Assembly (NCBI GenBank): GCA_964452525.1
Contig: CAYVLZ010000001.1
Span: forward strand, 65,742 to 129,741
DNA from: Candidatus Woesearchaeota archaeon
GTDB taxonomy: Archaea > Nanobdellota > Nanobdellia > SCGC-AAA011-G17 > CAYFGV01
Length of the DNA: 64,000 bases
Reading direction: 5' to 3'
The notes under the pieces are model-generated. The model saw only the letters and a program-made list of their open reading frames with translations, did not search any database and was not told the origin of the DNA. Shown piece after piece: positions 56,926-64,000 of the stretch; positions within the stretch are counted from its first letter, which is position 1; each line of letters starts with the position of its first letter. The position numbers and the translations under genes are program-made.

Positions 56926-57714
56926 ATGAGGAAACCTAAGATATTGGTTGGATGTCCTACATCCAGTTTGTATGATTATTGTTTAGAACCTTATATTGAC
57001 TGTGTTAAGAATTTATCTTATGAAAATTTTGATGTTATGTTGGTAGACAATAGTAAGAACAAATGGTATTATGATAAAATTAAGAAACTTGGTTTAAATG
57101 TTATAAAAGACCAATGGCAAAAAAATGCTAGAGATAGAATAATAGGTGGTAGAAATCTTTTGAGAGAATATTGTTTAGAGAATGGATATGATTATTTCTT
57201 TAGTTTGGAGCAAGATGTTATTTGTCCAAAAGACTCGATTGAAAGATTATTAAATTGGAAAAAGAAAATTGTTAGTGGTTTATATTGTGGAACGTTTAGA
57301 TCTGTACTCAATCCAAAAGAGATTAAGATTCTACCTTTAGTTTATCAACATATAGATAAGAAAACCTATGAGAAAATGTTAACTCATAATAATTTTAAAG
57401 ATAGTAAGATTAGGAAGGAAGTGGAGGAAGGTAAAATTAAATCGTATAAAGATGTAATGAGACAATGTGAATTAAAAGAAGTAAAAGATAAAGGCTTGAT
57501 GAAGGTCTGGATTTCTGGTGTTGGTTGTTTAATGATTCATAGGGACGTTTTAGAGAAAATAAAATTTAGATATGATAAAGAAGCTGAAGGTTTTGATGAT
57601 GTGTTCTTTTGTAAGGATGCAGAAAAAAATGGTTTTGAAGTCTTTGTTGATACTTCTATACATTGTAAGCACTATAGTAAGAAATCTTGGGATTGGAGAG
57701 ATATAAGGTTATAG
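56926..57714 (+). CDS. Putative glycosyltransferase (GT-A-like) / hypothetical
   Basis: VLVDNSKN and EQD acidic motifs in a 262-aa soluble protein. Weak assignment. Confidence 0.35.
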   Translation: MRKPKILVGCPTSSLYDYCLEPYIDCVKNLSYENFDVMLVDNSKNKWYYDKIKKLGLNVIKDQWQKNARDRIIGGRNLLREYCLENGYDYFFSLEQDVICPKDSIERLLNWKKKIVSGLYCGTFRSVLNPKEIKILPLVYQHIDKKTYEKMLTHNNFKDSKIRKEVEEGKIKSYKDVMRQCELKEVKDKGLMKVWISGVGCLMIHRDVLEKIKFRYDKEAEGFDDVFFCKDAEKNGFEVFVDTSIHCKHYSKKSWDWRDIRL

Positions 57715-57750
57715 AAAATATTATAAATAAACTAGAAGCAATAATTCTAA

Positions 57751-57881
57751 GCTCCTGTAGTCTAGTCCGGCCAAGGATGCAGTTGCTTTGCAGCAGAACC
57801 CTTTCGAGTAAGCTTTTTAGGAAAAGCTTAACCAAAAATCGAAGAAAGGCTGAGACCCGGGTTCAAATCCCGGCAGGAGCA
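57751..57881 (+). tRNA. tRNA-Glu (anticodon TTC) with two intervening segments (about 16 nt before and about 40 nt after the anticodon loop)
   Basis: Acceptor GCUCCUG/CAGGAGC+A. D-loop AGUCCGGCCAAGGAU and T-arm GACCCGGGUUCAAAUCCCGG are characteristic of archaeal tRNA-Glu. Loop CUUUCGA at 57801-57807. The anticodon stem CAGUU/GGCUG forms only after removing 57785-57800 and 57808-57847. Confidence 0.55.
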
Positions 57882-57914
57882 TATATTTAAATATTAGTAT
57901 AAACTATAGATTGT

Positions 57915-58184
57915 ATGGTAACTAAAAAGAAAAAAACAAGTAAAACGAGTAAAGATCTTGATATTAATATAAAAATAAATAATCTTGATAAGGCAATAAA
58001 GGCAGGCATGAGAAAACATAATAAACAAAAGTTGAAGTGTGATGGTGGTGGTTTCTGGTTGTTCGGTTCTGCTCTTGCAATGATTCTTTCTTATACACAA
58101 AATTCTTCTATTTTATGGGCAATAATTCATGGAATAGTTAGCTGGATATATGTTATTTATAGAATGATAATTCTTTATTTTTAA
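57915..58184 (+). CDS. Small protein with Lys-rich N-terminus and two C-terminal TM helices
   Basis: 89 aa ORF. Confidence 0.4.
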   Translation: MVTKKKKTSKTSKDLDINIKINNLDKAIKAGMRKHNKQKLKCDGGGFWLFGSALAMILSYTQNSSILWAIIHGIVSWIYVIYRMIILYF

Positions 58185-58186
58185 TT

Positions 58187-58951
58187 TTATCTTTTGATTC
58201 CTACAACTATATGATGTTCTCTTTTTTTGTCAGCTTTTTCAATCATTAAACTGAAGTTTTCTTTGATATCCACTCCACAATCTTCCATTGATCCTTTAAC
58301 TTCATCCGGAAAATTATCGTATCCGTTGTGTTCTAATATTAATTTACCGTTCTTTTTAATAACTCTTGAAAGTTCTGATACCTTTTCGTGTATATGATAT
58401 TCGTACCAGCTATTCATATAATTTCCGTAGTGAGTTCCGCTTTCTTGTATAGCATTACAAAATAATACGCAGTCAAATTGATTGTCTTTAAAAGGTAGAA
58501 AGTAAAAGTTTCCTTTTACATACTTCATATTATTTCTCTTTTTGGTGTTTGCTAATCTCACTGTAGATCCATTTATATCAATACCGATTATTTCTCCTTC
58601 TATATTTTCAGCGAAGAATTTTGTTTTAACTCCGATTCCTGATCCGACATCTAGAGTGAGTTTATTTTTTTTGATATGATCTAGGATTATTGGTGCTGTT
58701 TTTTCTGTTTCCTCTCTATCCAATCCCATCAAATAGTTTATTATTGGTATGCCTCTTAGTATCAACTCGCAAGATAGAGTGTATACGTTTTGATTGTTTT
58801 CATAACTCCAAGGAGTTGTTTCATAAGCATTGAAAGCATTATTAAATCTTATTCTCTCTTCTTCACATAATTCTTCATTTATTATTTTTTCAATATCTTC
58901 CCAACTAATCAAAGGAATCTTTTCTTTATCTAGGTAATCCTGAATATTCAT
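58187..58951 (-). CDS. Class I SAM-dependent methyltransferase
   Basis: Motif I LDVGSGIGV and motif II/III spacing. Confidence 0.75.
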   Translation of the reverse strand: MNIQDYLDKEKIPLISWEDIEKIINEELCEEERIRFNNAFNAYETTPWSYENNQNVYTLSCELILRGIPIINYLMGLDREETEKTAPIILDHIKKNKLTLDVGSGIGVKTKFFAENIEGEIIGIDINGSTVRLANTKKRNNMKYVKGNFYFLPFKDNQFDCVLFCNAIQESGTHYGNYMNSWYEYHIHEKVSELSRVIKKNGKLILEHNGYDNFPDEVKGSMEDCGVDIKENFSLMIEKADKKREHHIVVGIKR

Positions 58952-59055
58952 TTTTAGATGGGAAAAATGGATTATTTATAAAAACTTCTTTTTGTATCCT
59001 TCTTAATTGGATTTAAAATAAAAAGTTTTATAAACTTTCTAAGAGCTAAAAAATT

Positions 59056-59157
59056 ATGAAGCGTAGTAGCAGGCGATGGAAAAAGAAAGGACAGATGCGT
59101 TGGAAGTGGCAACGTAAAAAAATGAAGAAAAAGAAACGAAAAGCGAAAGCTAAATAG
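59056..59157 (+). CDS. Unannotated micro-ORF encoding an Arg/Lys/Trp-rich peptide, L41e-like
   Basis: MKRSSRRWKKKGQMRWKWQRKKMKKKKRKAKAK; the MRWKWQRKKMKKKKRK segment resembles ribosomal protein L41e ([21 protein letters not shown]). Lies about 180 nt upstream of the 16S rRNA. Confidence 0.3.
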   Translation: MKRSSRRWKKKGQMRWKWQRKKMKKKKRKAKAK

Positions 59158-59775
59158 TAAGCTTTATATATAAGTCTGCTTCTTAAATCGTTACCTCATG
59201 AGGGAGATAGTGTTTTTATCTTCTAATAAATTTTCTTTGAGGGTAATTTATGAATACTTGATGTTTTATTAAGTATGATGTACAGACCTAGTAAGATAGT
59301 AGAGTTTCCTGCTAACTTTTTTTGCGATCACAATAATTCCCGTTGATCCTGCGGGAGGTTGCTGCTATTCGGATTCGACTTAGCCATGCAAGTCAGGGAG
59401 CTTCGGCTGCCGGCGTAAGGCTCAGTAACACGTAGTTAACTTACCCTTAGATCCAGGATAACCTCTGGGAAACTGAGGATAATACTGGATAAGGAATTGT
59501 TGCTGGAAGGCACTTTTCCTCAAAAGTAATGTCTAAGGATAGGACTGCGGCTGATTAGATTGTTGGTGAGGTAATGGCTCACCAAGTCTGGGATCAGTAG
59601 GGGGGATGAGAGTCCTAGCCCCGAGAAGGGCACTGAGAAACTGGCCCTAGTCCTAAGGGATGCAGCAGGCGCGAAACCTTTACAATGCACGAAAGTGTGA
59701 TAAGGGGATCCGAAGTGCTTTGCCTTTGGTAAAGCTTTTGTCAAGTGTAAATAGCTTGAAGAATAAGGAGTGGGT

Positions 59776-59809
<34 letters not shown>

Positions 59810-60192
59810 CTCCAAGTGGCAACCGTTTTTATTGGGTCTAAAGCGTCCGTAGCCGGTTTAGCAAATCTTTTGTGAAATTGTTCTGCTTAACAGAACAGCG
59901 TGCAAGAGACACTGTTGAACTTGGAACCGGGAGGGGATAGAAGTATTCTTTGGGGAGCGGTAAAATGCTATAATCCTTGGAAGACTACCTATGGCGAAGG
60001 CATCTATCCAGAACGGGTTCGACGGTGAGGGACGAAGGCTGGGGGAGCGAACAGGATTAGATACCCTGGTAGTCCCAGCAGTAAACGCTGCGAGCTGGGT
60101 GACGCGTGTTCTTCGAGGACATGCGGTGCCTAAGTGAAGACGTTAAGCTCGCCACCTGGGAAGTATGATCGCAAGATTGAAACTTAAAGGAA

Positions 60193-60828
60193 AGAGACTA
60201 AGAAGAAAACTATAAAAGGAATAAGATCCACTAATTACTATGGATAACAGTAAACTTTGTTATATATTGGGAGCATTGAGAGATTCAAGCATCGACATCA
60301 GGAAAGGGAAAAATTACGAGTTAAAGTTCAGTCAAAAGGATGAAAGATGGTTGTTTTATATATCTGACTTAATCTATTGTCTTTTTGGTGAGAGATTTAA
60401 TGTAAGAAATAATATGTTGAGGATTACCAACAAAAACATTGTATTAGAGATTCAAAATGTTTCAGAAATGGTTTCTCCACAAAAGTATTGGAAGACACCA
60501 TCTTTTGTTTTTAAGTTAGATGTTCTGGATTTAATTCCTTATATTCAAGGTTTCTGGGATGCTGAAGGTGGTTTACCTAGAAAACCTTTGATTGCTAAAC
60601 AGAAATATTTGTCTTTTGATCAGAAAAACAAACAATGTTTGTTTTTCTTGAGAACAAAATTGCTAAAGTTGGGATATAGACCAACAAACCTGACTTTTAC
60701 TAACCATGTTTGGCAATTTCGATTGACAAGAAAAAATGATATAATAAGTTATATTCAAAATATAGGTTCTTCACATCCCGAGAAATCTTCTCGAATGTTA
60801 AAAATGATTTCTTCTTTGTCTCCCTGAT
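60193..60828 (+). other. 16S rRNA intron 1 (~636 nt) inserted after AAAGGAA (E. coli ~position 908-915)
   Basis: Universal AAACUUAAAGGAAUUGGCGGGGGAGCAC is split at GGAA|UUGG by a 636-nt insert carrying a LAGLIDADG ORF. Confidence 0.75.
60240..60827 (+). CDS. LAGLIDADG homing endonuclease (16S intron-encoded)
   Basis: Two LAGLIDADG-type motifs: LCYILGALRDSS and YIQGFWDAEGG. The stop codon abuts the 3' splice site. Confidence 0.8.
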   Translation: MDNSKLCYILGALRDSSIDIRKGKNYELKFSQKDERWLFYISDLIYCLFGERFNVRNNMLRITNKNIVLEIQNVSEMVSPQKYWKTPSFVFKLDVLDLIPYIQGFWDAEGGLPRKPLIAKQKYLSFDQKNKQCLFFLRTKLLKLGYRPTNLTFTNHVWQFRLTRKNDIISYIQNIGSSHPEKSSRMLKMISSLSP

Positions 60829-61112
60829 TTGGCGGGGGCTCACCACAAGGAGTGGAGCGTGCGGTTTAATTGGATTCTACACCGGAAATCTCACCAGGAG
60901 CGATGGCAGGATGAAGGTCAGATTGAAGGTCTTACCTAACAGGCCAAGAGGAGGTGCATGGCCGCCGTCAGTTCGTGCCGTGAGGTATCATGCTAAGCCA
61001 TGCAACGAACGAGACCCATGCCTGTATTTGCTAACAGGTTTTTATGACTGAGCACAATACAGGGACCGCCTTCGAAAGGAGGAGGAAGGTGTGGGCAACG
61101 GTAGGTCAGTAT

Positions 61113-61173
61113 ACGCTGGAGCTTTCCTATTCATTCCAATGAATTGTGTGCTTATGTTAGCTTAGCGGCTAAA
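61113..61173 (+). other. 16S rRNA intron 2 (~61 nt, no ORF) between GGUAGGUCAGUAU and GCCCCGAAUCUCCUGGGCUACACGCG
   Basis: The conserved ~1210 region is interrupted by ACGCUGGAGCUUUCCUAUUCAUUCCAAUGAAUUGUGUGCUUAUGUUAGCUUAGCGGCUAAA. Boundaries ±3 nt. Confidence 0.5.
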
Positions 61174-61540
61174 GCCCCGAATCTCCTGGGCTACACGCGC
61201 GCAACAATGGTAAGGACAATGGGTCGCAACTCCGAAAGGAGAAGCCAATCCTCGAAACCTTGCCCTAGTTCGGATTGAGGACTGTAACTTGTTCTCATGA
61301 CGCTGGAATTCCTAGTAATCGGGTTTCATTATGGCCCGGTGAACATGTCCCTGAGCCTTGCACACACTGCCCGTCAAATCAACCGAGCAGGGTCTAGGTG
61401 AGGATTAATTTTTTGGTTAATTCGAACCTAGGTTCAGTAAGGTGGGTTAAGTCGTCACAAGGTAACCGTAGGGGAACCTGCTGTTGGATCACCTCCTTTT
61501 ATTTTTGAAGCTTTACTATACTAGAAGGTCTGTACTTTAT

Positions 61541-61711
61541 GGGCCCGTAGCTCAGTGGTAGAGCATCGCCCTTGCAAGAAACTTTTTGAGAAAGTTTCAT
61601 CAAAAATATCAAAAATAAGAACAAGAAAGGCGGGGGCCTCGGGTTCGAAAATAAGGATTGTATCCTTATCAACCTGCTTTTTAGTGAGTGTCGAGAGTCC
61701 CGACGGGTCCA
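61541..61711 (+). tRNA. tRNA-Ala (anticodon TGC) in the 16S-23S spacer, with a ~50-nt canonical intron and a second ~47-nt insertion in the T-loop
   Basis: GGGCCCG-UA-GCUC-AGUGGUA-GAGC-A-UCGCC-CUUGCA[intron]A-GGCGG-GGGCC-UCGGG-UUCGAA[insert]-CCCGA-CGGGUCC-A. Confidence 0.65.
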
Positions 61712-62327
61712 TACAAACTTTTTAAGAAAAAGTTTGATTAAAAAGTGAAAAAGTTTGAAAACTTTAAAACTTTGTTAGATATCATGTTTTTCATTTTTAA
61801 TAATGCAGCTCGATAATGAATATTTCGGGTGAAGAGCTTTAATATTTATTGAAGCTATGCATAGGCTATACTTCCCACGCCATTAGATGGATGACTTGGC
61901 TCAGAATGACGATGAAGAGCGTGGCAAGCTGCGATAAGCTTTGGGAAGGCGCATGCAGCCTTTGAACCAAAGATCCTTGAATGAGACTTCTTGTCTCTTT
62001 GAGACGATCAGTAGTGATCGGTGACGCGGTGAATTGAAGCGTCTTAGTAACCGCAGGAAAAGAAATCAAATGAGATGCCGTTATTATCAGCGAGAGAAAG
62101 CGGTATAAGACAAACCGAATTCTTATTAGAGATAATAAGAACATGTGGTGTTGTAGGACTTACTTTTAATCTTACTGGATGACTTAAAGTTCTCTGGAAA
62201 GAGATGCCTTAGAAGGTGACAGCCCTGTAGAGGAAGTCCAGAAGATGTGTAAGTATCCTGAGTAGGGCTCATTGGTTATTGAGTCTGAATTTGGGAGACA
62301 TTAACTTCCAATCTTAAATACATTCTG

Positions 62328-62360
<33 letters not shown>

Positions 62361-63010
62361 TTGAAAAGAACCCTTAACAGGGAGTTAAAAGATCCTGAAA
62401 TCTAATGGTAATGGTGTGATACTGCTCTTCGGAGTTGTATCGTGCGTTTTGAATAACGCGCCAGGGAGTGTATTTAAGTGGCGAAAGTAAATCTTTTGGA
62501 TGTACTTGAAAGGAAACTGAATGCTCGCAAGTAATGAGGAGCAGGGTATTAATGTGCCTTAAGTCACTTGGATACGACCCGAAACCAGGTGATCTAACCC
62601 TGAGCAAGGTGAAGCAATAGCGATATTGTGGAGGCCTGAAGAGGTGCTGTGGTAAAAGCGTTCTTCTGACTTGGGGTTAGGGGTGAAAAGCCAATCGAAC
62701 CTGGTGATAGCTGGTTCCTGTCGAAGTGGGCCGTAGTCCAGTCTCGAGCGAGATTGTTAGTATTGTAGAGCTACGGATTAGAAATTTAGGGGAAGAAATT
62801 CCTCGGTTTCTCGTCCAACTCCAAATGTGCTAATGTCATAGACCTCGGGAGACGGGGGTAGGCGGTAAGCGTCTATTCCGAGAGGGGAACAACCCTAACT
62901 GTAGTTAAGGTCCCAAAATACTGGTTAAGTGTTAAAGGGTGAAAGGTGTATATCTTCATAGACAGCGGGGAGGTAGGCTTAGAAGCAGCCATCCTTTAAA
63001 GAAAGCGTAA

Positions 63011-63679
63011 GTTGTTTACTAGCGATAACTTTATATAATCAGATGACTTAGAATACTATGCAGCTCACCTGTGATTTAGCTTATTTGCTTGGAGCTTTGA
63101 GAGACGGAACAGTCACAAGATATAAAGAAAAGAATAAAACACATAGTCATGTGACGTTCTATAGTAAAGACATTGAATGGTTAACATATCTACAGAAACT
63201 GTTTAATAAAGTTTTTCAAGAGGAGCTAAAAGTGAATAAGCCCAAAGGTGGTACAGCATATATACGAAAGTATTCTAAGGAACTCGTTAATCTTTTAGAA
63301 AAAAGATTTCAACATCCTGTTGGGAAACAGATAAAGTGGGAAACTCCAGATTCTTTGTTAAAATCTAGTAACAAAAAAATTTGGGCAAGTTATATTTCAG
63401 GTTTCTTCGATGCAGAAGGAGGGACAATTCCAGGAAGACAAATTATTTTTTACTTGTCAGGGGATGGAGAAAGATGCCCAGTTTTAGAAGACATTAAGAA
63501 GAAATTAAAAAGTATGTTTGACATTGATAGCGGAAAGGTAAGAGGATATGAAAATAAAAATGGAGTTTATCCTAGATTCTGTTTAAGGATAGCGAGTAAG
63601 AGAAGTAGAGCTTTATTTTGTGAGCATATAAAGCTTCATAATCCTAGTAAGATAATTAGGCTAGTAAACAGCCGCTAGA
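63011..63679 (+). other. 23S rRNA intron (~669 nt) inserted in the conserved GCGUAA|UAGCUCAC helix region (E. coli ~1090)
   Basis: Conserved sequence is split; flanking duplicated AGCUCACCUGU segments (intron 5' region and exon 2) are consistent with a BHB intron. Confidence 0.7.
63058..63678 (+). CDS. LAGLIDADG homing endonuclease (23S intron-encoded)
   Basis: LAYLLGALRDGTV and YISGFFDAEGG motifs. Clearly paralogous to the 16S intron ORF. The stop codon abuts the 3' splice site. Confidence 0.8.
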   Translation: MQLTCDLAYLLGALRDGTVTRYKEKNKTHSHVTFYSKDIEWLTYLQKLFNKVFQEELKVNKPKGGTAYIRKYSKELVNLLEKRFQHPVGKQIKWETPDSLLKSSNKKIWASYISGFFDAEGGTIPGRQIIFYLSGDGERCPVLEDIKKKLKSMFDIDSGKVRGYENKNGVYPRFCLRIASKRSRALFCEHIKLHNPSKIIRLVNSR

Positions 63680-64000
63680 TAGCTCACCTGTCAAGAGGTT
63701 ATGCCCTGAAGATGGACGGGGCTAAATCAGTTACCGATACTACAGACTAGCTAAGGCTAAGTGGTAGACAGGCGTTCTGCTTGACTAGAAGCTATTTCGT
63801 GAGAGGTAGTGGATCGAGTAGAAATGAGAATCCTGGTAGTAGTAGGAGCTAAACAGAGTGAGAATCTCTGATACCGTAAGGGCAAGGGTTTCTTAGCACT
63901 GCAGTTCAGCTAAGAGTAAGTTGATCCTAACTTGATTCATAAATTGACGTCGAGGAAAGGGAAAAAGGTTAAGATTCCTTTACTAATTGGATACTTATGG

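Noticed and set aside
57687-57890. 67-aa ORF overlapping tRNA-Glu
   Set aside because: Reads through a structured tRNA gene; artefact.

Overview
This is an AT-rich archaeal chromosomal segment. Gene content and architecture point to a small-genome DPANN-like archaeon (Woese-/Pacearchaeota-type); that placement is an inference. It mixes core information-processing genes with many large secreted or membrane-anchored surface proteins. Core genes on the left and centre: ribosomal proteins L21e, S15, S3Ae, S8e, L37e and an L41e-like ORF; DnaG; thermosome; FtsY; SRP54; a putative SRP RNA; Bud32 and Kae1; TFB; PolX; an Sm protein; a YchF GTPase. There is a tightly coupled 8-gene glycolysis operon (GH15 - GAPDH - PGK - cupin PGI - PfkB kinase - class I FBA - TIM - ROK glucokinase). 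One ISH3/IS4-type transposase is present. The right end carries an rRNA operon (16S - tRNA-Ala - 23S, truncated by the window edge). The standout feature is the number of RNA introns. Both rRNAs carry introns encoding LAGLIDADG homing endonucleases, and the 16S has a second short ORF-less intron. Seven tRNA genes are present. tRNA-Thr(UGU) carries a ~453-nt canonical-position intron encoding a PD-(D/E)xK, Hjc-like nuclease ORF. tRNA-Leu and tRNA-Ile(UAU) have short canonical-position introns. The spacer tRNA-Ala, a tRNA-Glu and a Val-like tRNA look interrupted at two sites each, consistent with non-canonical bulge-helix-bulge (BHB) introns. Other candidates are a tandem triplication of an uncharacterised ~165-aa protein family wrapped around a ferredoxin gene, several unannotated very basic micro-ORFs, and a truncated FlaI/GspE N-domain gene. 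No CRISPR array was seen. All RNA boundaries were placed by eye and may be off by a few nucleotides.
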